A stretch of DNA of 64,000 nt. Source: the human T2T-CHM13v2.0 reference genome, Homo sapiens. The notes below the pieces were generated by a model that saw only the letters and a program-made list of their open reading frames with translations, was not told where the DNA came from and did not search any database. A program made the translations under genes and the position numbers. The stretch lies in assembly GCF_009914755.1 (NCBI RefSeq), contig NC_060938.1, one strand, 5' to 3'. Positions 40,156-53,694 of this stretch are shown here, one piece after another; position 1 is the stretch's first letter; each line of letters begins with the position of its first letter.

Positions 40156-41387
40156 TTTCGGAGATTTGAAAGAGACTGAAAAAGCATCGGCAAATGTCCT
40201 TGTTGGGACAATATTTCCATAGGAACCAAGACCCAGTGATTCCATGTGGTGCTGATTTATTTCCAGGAACCCATGGAGGGTCTAACTGGGGAGGGGGTAT
40301 ACAAGATAAATTAGAAACAAGTGCACATTCCTGTACTACAAAAAATATACAAGACCTGCCATTCACCCCTCAAATAATATGTTTCCTTTCCTGAGGGGTC
40401 ACATAATTTATGCCAGTACATTATTGATGAGATTTTTGTTTGTTTTTTTAAAATAAAAAACAGGCATATTGAGCTGCTGGAAGTGTTGAGCTGGCTGTTC
40501 TGAAATATCCCACTAGGATATTCCACTTGCTGGCTGGCTACCTCCATCTCAGATGCAATGTCCAAATGGCTGTCAATTTCTGCAGGACCCACTTTGTGCC
40601 AGGCATTGGGCCAGTGCTTTGGGCACGTGAATTGCTCACACTGAGAGCACTGCTGTAAAATCATTGTTATTCCCATGCCGCATATGAAGAAAGGAGCTTA
40701 CACTGGGTAAACCCATGCCTGGGCCTCCCCTGTAAGTGGGAATCCCGAGTTGCAGGTCAGGCTGTCTCTTCTTCACAGACCATGCTCTTTCACAAGACCT
40801 GGAAGGAACAAGACAACCACCTGGGGAGCTGCTTACTTCTGATCTTTCCTCTGGGATGCCAGGGCTATCACAACCTCATAGGCAAGATACTCTAATCACT
40901 GAGTTATGGTGTTCAGTGATAATATCGACTTCCATTTTTATAATTTCTTCTAGCACTCTGCATCCTGCATGTTATATTTGTAAAAGGCCTGTGAAAAACA
41001 TAAGGCAGACGTATCTATTTCTGCTTTGTAAATGAGGAAACTGAAGCTCAGGGGTAAAGAGGCCTTTCTAGGCTCAACCAGCTTTTAGTGGCAGAGCCAG
41101 ACCTCTTGACCTGGGGTCTGGTGCCTGTACACTACTTCCCATGGGCCAGGTCTTTGGGAATAGAGCTGCGTCACTCACACTTACCTTAGCAGAGGCTGTG
41201 ATAGACTCTAAGCCGTATGGTTTTTAGTTTATCCTCAGTGAACCTCAGGTCATCAACTGACCTCCAGAGACGAATTTCACGTTGTAGATGGTTTTTTTTG
41301 TTGGCATTACTTTACAACTGTGACTCTGCTGAATGCACTGTACCTTTCTCTTTCCTATTACCACATCCATTGCTTGAGTTTCAGTCC

Positions 41388-41771
41388 TGTCTTAGTCCAT
41401 TTTGTGTTGCTGTAAAGGAGTACCAGACACTGGGTATAAAGAAAAGAGGGTTATTTAGCTCACAGTTCTGCAGGTGTACAAGAAGCATGGCACCGGCATC
41501 AACATGTCAGAGAAGGTCAAAGGAGAAGTGAGTACGTGTGAAGAGACACCATACCCAAAGGGCATCCTGGCTTTACATAATAATAAACCAACCTAATCCC
41601 ATCTCGCCAGAGTGAGAACAGCAGCCCAGCACGAAGTCATTCATGAGGGATCTACGCCTATAACTCAAACACCTTCCCCTAGGCCCCACCTTCTGACACC
41701 ACCACAGTGGGGAGCAAATTTCAACATGAGATTTGATGGGGACAAAAAATCCCATTATCCAAACCATAGCA
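41388..41771 (-). mobile_element. MST-family MaLR LTR
   Basis: tgtcttagtccattttgtgttgctgtaaagg ... atccaaaccatagca; TSD agtcc/agccc. Confidence 0.85.
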
Positions 41772-42169
41772 AGCCCCAAACCAAACCAAAAGCAGATCCC
41801 CATTCGTGGTTCCCCTTTCCACATGGTTCCAAATGAGGAAGGGCAAAATTCATGTGTTCTGCTCAGTAAAAGGTTGAAAAGTTATTGGGAAACACATCTT
41901 CCAAGGTTTGTGTCCTTTGGGACATGGGAATATGTTATTAACCAGGACAGCTGCTCACAGGTGCACAGGGATGTACTGAAACAGCTCATTTTAAGCAAAT
42001 TTTAAGTAGTGGAGAGGATCATTCCTGGGCACATTTCACAAGCATTCTGTCTTGGTTTTACCCCAATCTCTGCATATTCCTTCTTCGTCTTCATTCCCGG
42101 GGCAGCTTCTTCTGCCCACCCCGTGAAACTTTGGCCCATTCTTTTCTGTATGCTGTCCAGGGGCCATCT

Positions 42170-42570
42170 CCTCCTCTCTACATGCTGCATTGAGGATCCC
42201 CAAATTGCTATCCTCTCTCCAAACTCCAAATGCCTATATCCAGCTACCAAAAAGACATCTCTGTTTGAATCTTCCTCACTTACCACAAACATAACAGGTA
42301 GAACATAGCTTATTTCTTGCCCTGCCAAAACTGTTCTCCTTCTGAGCTTCAGTGCTTGGTGTAGCATCCTCCACATAGTTGGCATCGGAGGCAGAACCTG
42401 AACCTGATTCTCTTTGACAGGCCTAATCACTCACCACTCTACGCAATATGAAAATGACATGCCATGTGAATCCAATGCCATGTAAAAAAAGATAACATTT
42501 TCTGTTTGTCTCCCTAGGATATTGTAAATGCTTGGCACCAAGTAGGTGATAAATAAATGTGAAGGACAAA
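42170..42570 (+). mobile_element. L2 fragment
   Basis: ctccaaactccaaatgcctatatccagc; 3'-end-like tggcaccaagtaggtgataaataaat. Confidence 0.55.
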
Positions 42571-43247
42571 CCTGTTGATTAAGCGTTCCTGAGACATATC
42601 CTTTATCTTTCTCAGATGAGATTCTCTGCCACATAGCTTATCCCTGTATTGGGTGGATTGTGTAACTCTGAGGTTCAAACATTGGGTATTGCCTCTAAAC
42701 CTTGCACAGTTATTTATCTCAGAACTATTGAGTTTGGCGGCTGTCCACATCATGTAACAATTCTGCTGTTACCTTCCTTTCCTTGTTTTCTTCCTTCCCT
42801 CTCTCCTCATCTTCCACATTCCTATCTGTGAGAGAGGATGAGAAAAAAACAGACAAGAAGACAAACCAATATTTCTCTCACCAATGAAAAATACCTTTCC
42901 GTTCTGTTTTTACCATTAAATGTGGTATTTGCCCTCTGTGTCTCAATTAAAACAGGTTATTTCCTTCTTAGTTTCTTCTTTTATATTTTTTTTCTTGTTT
43001 CAGAAATGGTTCATGTTAATTGTAAAAGAAAAATTCCGAAATTATAGATAAGCCAAAGAAATAAATAAAACATGTAACAACCCCCTGCTCAGAGAGTTGT
43101 GGTTAACTTTTGAAGTACCTACTTCCATGCTTCTTTTCTAGGTACATATTTTAACAGAAATAGAGACTTACTGTACTTGCTGTTGGGAAGCTTCTTTTCA
43201 CATAATAGATTGAGAATATTTTCTTGTGACAGTCAATATTCCTCTAG

Positions 43248-43472
43248 ACCAGCAATTGGATCACTTTGTTTAAAGGGCCACATAGTAACTATTTTAGGCT
43301 TTGTGGGACTTACTGTCTCTTTCAGCTAATCAACTCTGCTGTTATAAGTGCAGAAGCATTCACAGAAAGTGTGTAAATGAATGGACATGTCTGTATTCTA
43401 ATAAAACTTTATGAAAACAGGCAGTGAGCCAGATTTGGCCCATGGGTGGGGCTGTAGTTTGCCTATGCTTGT
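43248..43472 (+). mobile_element. MER58A-like DNA transposon
   Basis: aaagggccacatagtaactattttaggctttgtggg...aataaaacttta...ccagatttggccc; flanked by tctaga-type target sequences. Confidence 0.78.
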
Positions 43473-43482
43473 CTAGAATATC

Positions 43483-43815
<333 letters not shown>

Positions 43816-45969
43816 TAGTGTTCTATCTTATTGATATATCATTATTTACTTAACCAGTCAGAGTAATAGCTAATGTTGTTTGAGGCCTTACTCTGCGCTT
43901 GCAACATTGCTTCGTTTGTTCTATTTGCATTCTGACTTACACCTGCCCACAGCCCTGTGTAGTGTAGGTATTATTCTTTCTATTTAACAGATGAGGGAAC
44001 TCGGATAAAGAACAGGTGGGTAATTTGCCTAAGGTTAGATGGTTAGTAAATAGAAAACTCAAAATTTAAATTTGTTTGATTTTTAGAAGCCATGCTCTTA
44101 ACTACTCATTATGTTTTTACGCACGTTAGTAATTATTTGCTTGGATAAATTCCTAGAATTAGAATAACACATGCATTTTAAGGTTTTGATATTTGTTGTC
44201 AGGTTGATATATTTGGCCAACTTATATTTCTTGAGTGGTATATAGCAGGGCTGTGTTTCTACACCCTTGTCTATAACAAGGACTCTTTTGACGCTTTGCT
44301 ACTTTAATAGGTAAAACAAGCTTCATCTTTTTTTATCTTATGAATACTCTCTATATTTCTTCTAAGGTGAGTGTCTGATGCATGTTCTTTCTCCATTGTT
44401 CAATAAGAGCATTTGTCTTCTCTATTAATTTGTTGGAGCCTTTTATGTAAGGGACTTCTGTGGTTTTTAAGTTGATGCTACATGACGTGTTATGAACATA
44501 GCCTTTTACTTTAAGGAGATGTTGTCTTTACAATTGAAGATAATTAAATGGAAAAGTATTTAGTTTTAATGCAGCATTAATTAGACTCCTGGAATTGAAA
44601 AAATTCCCAGAAACTGTAAGGTAAGGGAGGACTTACTCCTGTTGGGGAACTTGTCCCTTTAGTTTCCATCTCTTAAGTACTAGAATTTGTGTTCTTTAAT
44701 TGGAACCATTGCTTTGCTGTGGCCATGGCAACACATCTTAGCTGCCATGAACAGCGTACACTTTGACAAAATATTTTTTTAGAGAGTGGCTTTTAGATGG
44801 AATTCATTTTCCAATGTATTCATGGAGTCTAGATGAATTAATGGATGGTAGACCCATACTTTTATAATAATAGTAATAATAATGAAATGAATAGTTACTA
44901 TCTATTGATCCCTTACTGTATTCTAGCCACAATGCTTTATTTTATATTATTTCATCGGATCTTTGTGATAATCTTATGTCATAGATATTGTTGTTATCCT
45001 TACTTTATACATAAAGAAATTAACACAGAAGGGTTAAGTGGCTTGCTCTGGCTTATACAGATGGTAAGTAGTGGAGTTTGACCTTGACCTTAACCTTGAT
45101 TTTCTACTGCGTGAGTCTTACAGGTTTATTATAGCCTTTAGGGTATATACTGAATTCAACAGTGGTAGCATGGATGGCAAATCTTGATGTCATCTAGAGT
45201 CTAAGATGACACTAGCATCAGTGGGCCACAGGGAATCTGACCCAGACTTTCATAACTTGTATTATTATGAAGATTAGAGTTCTGAAGCTTACTGGATTAG
45301 AAGAGCACGAGGGGGTAGCTGCCCCAATATATTCTAATTTCTCTTGAGGACCACCAAATTGGCAGAGTGTCTCTGATAGGGAAAAGGAAGAGTTGGAAGG
45401 CATCTTAGCCTCTAGGACAGAAGAACCATTTTTATTGGCCACCAAAGTTACATCTAGTTGCCTACAAATTTATATCCAAACTCCTTATCCTGCCAATTCA
45501 GGGTTCTGCAAACTGATGCCAAACTATAGTTTAGTCTTCTATCACATGACTGCATTATACATACCCAATTATCTGGGCAAACAGACCTGATCCAAACACA
45601 GTTTGTACTTTCCTTTCCTTTCCTTTGTTTAGCCTGTTCCGTCTACTTGGGGTGTCTTTGATTTCTCCAGCCTCAGTCTCCCGCTGTTAGAATTCTGGGC
45701 CTCCCTCAATACCAAGGTTAAGTAGTACCTAACGAAGAATTTTTTATTTTTACAGACAAAAGCAGTTTCTCTCCTCCTCTTTGATTCTTATGGTTATTTA
45801 TATTACTCTCAAGTCAATCATAACCTTCTTATTTGTAGGATAGTTTCTCCCTGTAGGACTTGCAGGATTCCTCGAATACAGTGCTTTTCCAAAGGTAAAT
45901 GACGACATACCTTAATCTTGTTGTTAGGGATTCTGACTCTGAGAGACATGAAACCACTGTTTAGAGTCT

Positions 45970-46385
45970 TGTTATGTATGAATTGTGTCCCCCTCCACCC
46001 AGTCCATATGTTGACATCCTATCCGCCCATGTCTTTGAACGTACTTTGAAATATGATTGTTGCAGATGTAATTAGTAAAGATGAGGTCATACAAAAGTAG
46101 GGTGGACTCCTAATCCAATTTGGCCGTCACACTGGAAATTTGGGCTTGCACCCACCGAGAACATTGTGGAAAGATTGGAATGATGCTGTCAGAAGCCAAG
46201 GAACTACCAGAAGCTAGAAGAGAGGCCTGAACATACCCTTCCCCAGAGCCTTCAGAGGGAGCATGGCCCTGCCAACACCTAGGTCCCAGACTTCCAGCCT
46301 CTGGAACTGTGGGACGATACATTTCTTTTGTTGAAGCCACTCAGTTTGTGGTACTTTGTTGCTGTGGCCCCAAGAAAGTACCACA
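45970..46385 (+). mobile_element. MLT1B-like MaLR LTR
   Basis: tgttatgtatgaattgtgtcccc...gccaaggaactaccagaagctag...gtttgtggtactttgtt. Confidence 0.82.
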
Positions 46386-47799
46386 AGCCCGAGGTTTTCA
46401 CCGTCCTTACAGCCAGCAAGACGGGATGTTTCAGATGACCCTGTCCTATGTGGAACTGGGGGCTGAGGTGGGGTGGCCTGATAACAGAGTCACCAAAGAG
46501 CTGCCTCTCTTATCTGTACTCCTGAGTTCTCACAGCCTTCTGGGCATCTTCAGCACCAGCAACTCAGCATGTCAAAACTGAACATCTTTCCTCTCCAAAC
46601 CCCTTTTCCCTCATAAGCCCATCTAAATTATGGTTACCATGTCCCTCTCAGTCCCTCTGGAATTCTTCCCTTTTCTCATCCCCAATTGAAAAAAAAATCT
46701 GGAATTCTATGTTCTTCTGGAAAATAAGGAAGATCTGGCAACACCAGGCCTTTGTTACTGCATGGCTATAATTGGCCAGATGGATGGGCTGCCCCTGAAC
46801 ATAGAGAATGTGTCCTGGGTCCTGTTTGACATCGCATGCCAGACCCTGTGGGCATTGGAGCCTGGCCCCTGGCAGGGTGGAAGTGATTGCCTCTGCCTCA
46901 CAGGGACATAAGTGGAAAGCTTCAGATCATTCTCTGAGTCAAGCTGTCCGGTTTATGTCCTGCTGTGTCGCTTACTGGCTGGGGGCAGCCATGGGAAGTT
47001 TCCTTGATCTCCCTGTGCTTCCGTTTCCCAGTCTGTAAATGGAGATAATAATGGTGCTCGCCTCATAGGGGTGTTGAGAGAATTAAATGATTTAATGCGC
47101 ATCAGGAGATTGGAACCTGACACGTAGCAGGTGCACCTGAAATGTTCCCTTATATTCTTATGTAGTCAAGAAAATCTTGTCACCCTTTATCTAAACTGCT
47201 TTATTATTTTTCATGACGCACGGCATATTTACTTCTTGGTTTTACTTTGCTACTCTCCATCCCCCACCAGCTTGACACACATTCAGAAAATGTGGCCATG
47301 GTTTATACACATAGATTCAGGGCTGGCCTACCAAGGAGTTTGGACAAAGCTCCCGGGATCTCACTTGGTGGAGCTCCTGGGCCTCTCCTGGCTGCCGAGT
47401 CCCCTGTGCTTTCTGCCTTCTGTGTTGTTTCGGTTCCAGTGACCAAGGGCACAGCTTGGTGACTGGCCTCCCGAGGCCTTCCGAGTCACCGGGGGATCCC
47501 TCTAATTAGGTACACTGTTGAGCATGCAGGTGTATATCCTGCAGGCAAGAAGGGCTGCTGAAATAGTAGCTTAACATGAAATCCAGGCAGCAAGTCGGGT
47601 GTTCGTTAGAAGTGTGTTTTTTTTTTTTTGTGATTTGGGACACTGACAAAGCCCAGACAAACCTCCCCACACCAATTGTTTCCCCCAGCTGCATTCCCCT
47701 TATTGGGCCACTCCTAAGCAGTGCTGATGACTTATTTAGCTAATATTTGTTGACTGAATTTTTATTAATCAATAGAGATTTGTTAAGTAAATGGAGCAT

Positions 47800-49200
47800 T
47801 ATTCAGACATGTGGCATCAGATCCATTACTAGATGTAAGTGATAAATAAAGTGGTAGGTAAGACACAGTCCTGCCTGTAAGAGATGTGCAATCTAGTCAT
47901 TGAGAGAGACCCTATGAGAAACAGTGGGTGGAGCTGGGGGATTACCGGTGTTGTTTATGGGATCCCAGAGAGGAAGGACCCTGACTCAGCCTGAGGTTGG
48001 GACTGGGGGCAACTGGGGGATCATCGGACTTGTCATTATTGATCTAATGTCCCAGTAAAATTGGGCGTTTTCAGGACAGGGACTGTGACTGTCTTTTTAT
48101 TGCTCTATGTCTTGTCCTAGCCCAGTGGTTGACATATAACAGACGGTCAATAAACATTTGATGAGTAAGGGAATTAAGTGACATCTAAGCTGAGAACTGA
48201 AGGATGAGGAGTCTGCCAGGAGGAAAGTGTGGGAGGTAGGGGAGGAAGGGGGTGGCGGGAGGAAGTAAAATGATGACGACGGATGGTACAGGGAGGGAGG
48301 AGCATGTGCTCCTTGAGGGTGACAAGGACTGCAGTTCTGGGAACTGTTAGCTTGTATGGTGGGTGGCATGGAGCCATTTCAAGGTGGGGGCCTGGGCAGA
48401 GCTGAATGGTGAGAATAACATAGAGTTCTTAGTTTTTACATGATGAGGTTTGATATGCATGATCCAAGGTGCAGGAAATGGACTGGAGAGGACAGGGTGG
48501 AAGAGGAGAGGCCATTCGATGGCTACTGCAGCAATCTTGATGAGAGATGGTGGTGGCAGGACAAATTACTGACACCTGAGATGGAGAGGTGACTAGATTC
48601 AGAAGCAACTAGGGATGTAGAATTGTCAGAACCTGGCAATTAGGTGTCTGTGGGGAAGGAAGGAGAGATGTCTGAATGATGCTCAGGCCTCCAGGGGATG
48701 TGGGCACCACTTACTTGTGATAGATGAGAAGAGGAACTGTGAGAAGGTTAAATTCACACTTGGGCATGGTGAGTTTGAGATGCCTGTGGGAAGTCCAGAG
48801 CGCAGTTGTATACAGCAGGCTTCACCTCCAGAGAGTGATCAGATTTGAGATACAGGTTTGAACACTCATTGGCATAGAGGGTCAGGGCTTCATAGCCTAG
48901 AAGGACATAGATAAAATTAAGAAGGCCTATGAACTTCAGAAATTATATTAAAATCATAATGCATGTGCATTGTTCTGAAGAGCTAGCTTTGTATCAACTT
49001 TTCAGAATGTCTGTGTCCTCAAAAAGGTTAACCCTTGGTGCATATGGTTAATGAAGCCAGAAGGAGAGATGAGATTTTTCAGGCAGCAAGAAGGGAAGAG
49101 AGCCAGGGTTTGTGCTGCAGAAAATATCAACATTTCGGGGGTGGGAGGCACTGTGCTGAGTCAGAGGCCTGGGGGTCAGAGTTCTGGGAATGAGATAAAG
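47800..49200 (-). mobile_element. L2 fragments
   Basis: ggctactgcagcaatcttgatgagagatggtggtggc; gagtttgagatgcctgtggga. Confidence 0.6.
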
Positions 49201-49383
49201 ACTTACAGGTAGCAATAGCTTTACTGTTCATAAAGCACTTTTACATACAATGCCATTTTATCTCTCAGGAACTCAACTAGATCTTTATAATTTGGCTCTG
49301 TATCAGTTAGAGTTCAGTACAAGACATGAAAACTTGGCTATAAATTTTAAAGAAGGGATTTCCTAGAGGGAATAGGTGCTTAC

Positions 49384-49851
49384 TATGGACCCAGAAAATC
49401 TGAGATAGGTCTCAGTTAATGTAGAAAGTGTATTTTGCCAAGGTTGAGGATGTGCACCCATGACACAGCCTCAGGAGGGCCTGACGACGTGCTCAAGCTG
49501 GTTGGAATGCAGCTTGGTTTTATACAGTTTAGGGAGACATGAGACATCAATCAATGTATGTAAGAAGTACATTGGTTCGGTGTGGAAAGGTGGGACGACT
49601 GGAAGCAAAGGCAGGAAGACTCAAAGCGGAGAGGGAGCTTCCAGGTCATAGATAGGTGAGAGACAAACAGTTGCATTATTTTGAGTTTCTGATTAGCCTT
49701 TCCAAAAGAGGCAATCAGATATGCATCTATCTGAGTGAGCAGAGGGATGACTTTGACTAGAATGGGAGGCAGGCTTGCCCTAAGCAGTTCCCAGCTTGAC
49801 TTTTCCCTTTCACTTAGTGACTTTGGGGGCCCAAGATATTTTCCTTTCACA
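49384..49851 (-). mobile_element. MER4A1-like ERV1 solo LTR
   Basis: atctgagataggtctcagttaat...ttttgccaaggttgagga ... ccaagatattttcctttcaca; perfect 4-bp TSD TTAC. Confidence 0.88.
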
Positions 49852-50411
49852 TTACAAAATCTCTGGAAGGGCAGCCCCAGGGAAAGATTCCCAGAACAAT
49901 ATAGAACTAAGGTCAGAGTACATCCCTGTAGCTGCCACCCTGGCATCTAAAAGCTGGGACTGGAAAGCCACCATGGCTGCAGCTCTTTCTCGGCCTTCAT
50001 GGAGCTGAAGGAAGGATGCTGGACACTACTGTATTAAGAAATCTGTTTTCGTGACCTGCCTTGATAGCAGTGAACAGTCAAATAGAAGCCAAAGCATGGC
50101 CCTCATCTCACTTCCACCTTCTAGAACTCCTTGCTTGAGTACATTTAATTAGTGGAATCCACTTCAGTCCTGAATCTCTAGATGCAGAGAAGTCTGGAAG
50201 ATATCTTTATACCACCTCTCTTCCTAAAAGGAGCGTGAAATGGAGCTAGAGAAGGGGTCTTATTTTGTAAGGGTCAAGTTAAGAACTGTTTCAGTCTTAG
50301 TGAGCCATGTGGTCTCTCTGCAGCCTTGCCATTGAAGTGTGGAAGCAGCCAGAGACCATACAGAAATGAGTGAGCATATTGTGTTCCAATAAAACTTTAT
50401 TTATAAAATCA

Positions 50412-50540
50412 GGCCTGGCACAGTGTTTCACGTCTGTAATCCCAGCACTTTGGGAGGCTGAGGCAGGAGTGAGCTTGATTGTGCCACAGTTCTCCAGCCT
50501 GAGCAACAGAGTGTGAGACCCTATCTCTAAAAAATAATAA
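50412..50540 (+). mobile_element. Internally deleted Alu inside a MER58A-like element (~50265-50610)
   Basis: Left-arm start ...ggaggctgaggcagga joined to right-arm end gtgagcttgattgtgccac... Confidence 0.75.
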
Positions 50541-50978
50541 TGATAAAGTTAGTTAATTAAATTAAAATGAGTGATGGGGCCTAAAGGCCACAGTTTATTG
50601 ACCTCTGAGGTAAGCAAATCAATTCTCAATAATTATCGTAGGTTCTTTTTTACAGATGAGGGAATTAAAACCGGAGAGCGTCAGTCGAAGTGAAAACAAG
50701 TCCTGGTTATTTAGTTTTCAAAGTTCATGTTCTCCAGGAAATCCTGATGCTCAGCCTCTCCTCTTACAAGGCTTGTGATCTAAAAGAGGAGATAAAATAT
50801 GTACTTTGTTGGTGCAGACCATGGTAAATGCTCCCGGGATGGTGCGGAATGCTTTTGCATACAAGGCATTTTTGACAGGAGAAATCAGAAGTATCATGGT
50901 GAAAGTAGTTTTAGCTAGATGTTGAAGAAAGGTATAACTCTAACAGGTGGAGATGGAGAAGGGAGGAGTCAAAAGAGC

Positions 50979-51396
50979 TGATAGGGTTTGGCTCTGTGTT
51001 CCTGCTCAAATCTCGTGTCAAATCATAACCTCAATGTTGGAGGTGGGGCCTGGTGGGAGGTGGTTGGATGGTGGGGGTGGATCCTTCATGAATGGTTTAG
51101 CACCGTCCCCTTGGTGCTATCCCCGCAATAGAGTTCTCATGAGCTCTGGTTGTTTAAAAGTGTGTAGCACTTCCCCTCTCTCTTTCTCGTGCTCTGGACA
51201 TGTGAATTGCCTAGCTCCCCCTTCACCTTCCGCCATGATTGTAAGCTTCCTGAGGCCTCCCCAGCAGCTGAGCAGATGCTAGCATCATGCTTCCTGTACA
51301 GCCTGCAGTGCATGAGCCAATTAAACCTCTTTTTTTTTTTTTTTATAAATTACCCAGTATGAGGTATTTCTTTATAGCAGTATGAGAACTAATAGA
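50979..51396 (+). mobile_element. MSTA-like MaLR LTR
   Basis: tgatagggtttggctctgtg...ccatgattgtaagcttcctgaggcctcccca...gagccaattaaacctcttt...ttctttatagcagt. Confidence 0.88.
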
Positions 51397-52935
51397 GAAT
51401 TTTTGATGGAGTCAAAAACTGCAAGAGAAGTTTAGGAAAACAGCTAGAAATGGAAACTCATCTGAACATTGTGACCTTCTATGGTGTTAGTGGAGATAAG
51501 ACTGGATCAGGGAGAACCTTAGATAGTAGGATTAGGAATCCGAACTTGGAAAAGGGGAAGCACTGATAGTCTTCGAGCAGGGTTGTGATACACACATTAC
51601 CTCAGGAAGAATTATCTGGTTTTGTTCTACAGAATTTTGTGTAAGTCAGAAGATACAGCCAGCAAGAATTCGCTCAGGCGGTTTTTGTAATATCTTTACA
51701 TGAGGATGCAAAGGAAGAAGTGGACATGAGTCTTGGGCCATTCATGGGACAGGGCAACTTGTAAATGTAGGTGGAATAGAAGGATGGCTTTGATGGGAAG
51801 AGATGAAATGAATAACAATACTTGGGAAATTTGAGGAATGGGAGCTTGTTTTGTGGGTAAAGTAATGGGCCCCATCTTGGATATGAGGTGCTGAGGGGCA
51901 GAAACGGAAATATGGAGTAGGCGATTGGAAATGTTGGCTTCATCTTCAAGATGGGGTTGGTTGGGAGTCATCCCATACAGGTGGATAGAGAGCCAAGTAA
52001 GAGCTCAGCTCTCTGAGGGAGTGTGTACAGTGGAGGATGCCGGAAGGAGAACCCAAGAGACAAAGGTATTCCAGAACTGGGAGAGGGACAAGAGATAGGA
52101 AAATGTAGTAGGCAGGGTAGTGAGAGTGGCAGGATGGATGTTGTACCAGAGGAGTCAAGTTAGGGAGCTATTTCCAGAAAAAGAAACAGCCAGGAATGTT
52201 GCATGCCACAGAAAGGTCAAGAAATACTCGAAAAACCACTGGATTTGGTGACCACATCTCAAGATCATGGGCGACCCTGAGAGAGCTGTTTAGTGTGTGT
52301 TCTTCTCTTGAGGAGTTTCATATTGAAAGAAAAGAGGAGAGAAAATGGGAGATTGAAATTTGTGGCTTGTTTTAAAGTGGATTAATTCTTCAGTGCCAGA
52401 AGACCACAAAGAACTTGGTCTGAGAATATATCCTGATTTCTCCCCAAGACTTTTCTTAAGAAAAAGCAAGTTGAAAGAGGAACACCCTTTAGTTTCGTTC
52501 TCTCTTGATTTCAGGATTCGGTTTTTGGTCAGTTGTTTGTGTCTGACTCCACTTTTGGCCCTGTCGTGGGGCCGCTCCTGGCAACCTGGGAGGTCACGCA
52601 CAAGTGTGTGCAGTTGTTAAGCAACTGCTCGCAGTCGCGGTGGCCCTGCTAAATTGGGAACATGTATTCGTCCCAGTCTGAGTCTTCATTCAGTGGGAAA
52701 CAATGAGTCCCTGACTTTGAAATCTCAGAGGTTACACATTTGTGGAATATGAAATCAGTGTGTTGATGATTTTTCCTACCTCATAGAATTCTTTAAAAAT
52801 AACACTGGAGAATTGCTATGCAATTCTGTGAAAATTTAGTTCTCTCTAGGGCCTTTTCTAGAAAAAACGTTATGCCCAAATCCCAAAAGGAACTGAGTAT
52901 TTTATATCAATGCTTTCTAAGATAAATAAAAACAG

Positions 52936-52936
<1 letters not shown>

Positions 52937-52978
<42 letters not shown>
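52937..52978. repeat. (AC)21 microsatellite
   Basis: Read directly. Confidence 0.97.
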
Positions 52979-52980
<2 letters not shown>

Positions 52981-53250
52981 CGCAGCAACAACAGCAAAAG
53001 TCAATAAAACAACTCACCAAACTAACTCTAGAGTTTCAGATGGAAATGATGTTATCAGTCCAAATTAAAGACATATTCTCTTATTTTCTTTTACACCTTG
53101 GTTTGTGGCTTCCATAATACAATCATCTGAGTCTTGTATGGTTTCTGAAATGGATGCTAGAAGAGATAACTTGAATGAGTACTTTTCCCCTGGTGGAATT
53201 CTCTTCCTCATCTATATTTAAACAGTTGTTTTGCACCTAAAGGGCCCTAA

Positions 53251-53694
<444 letters not shown>

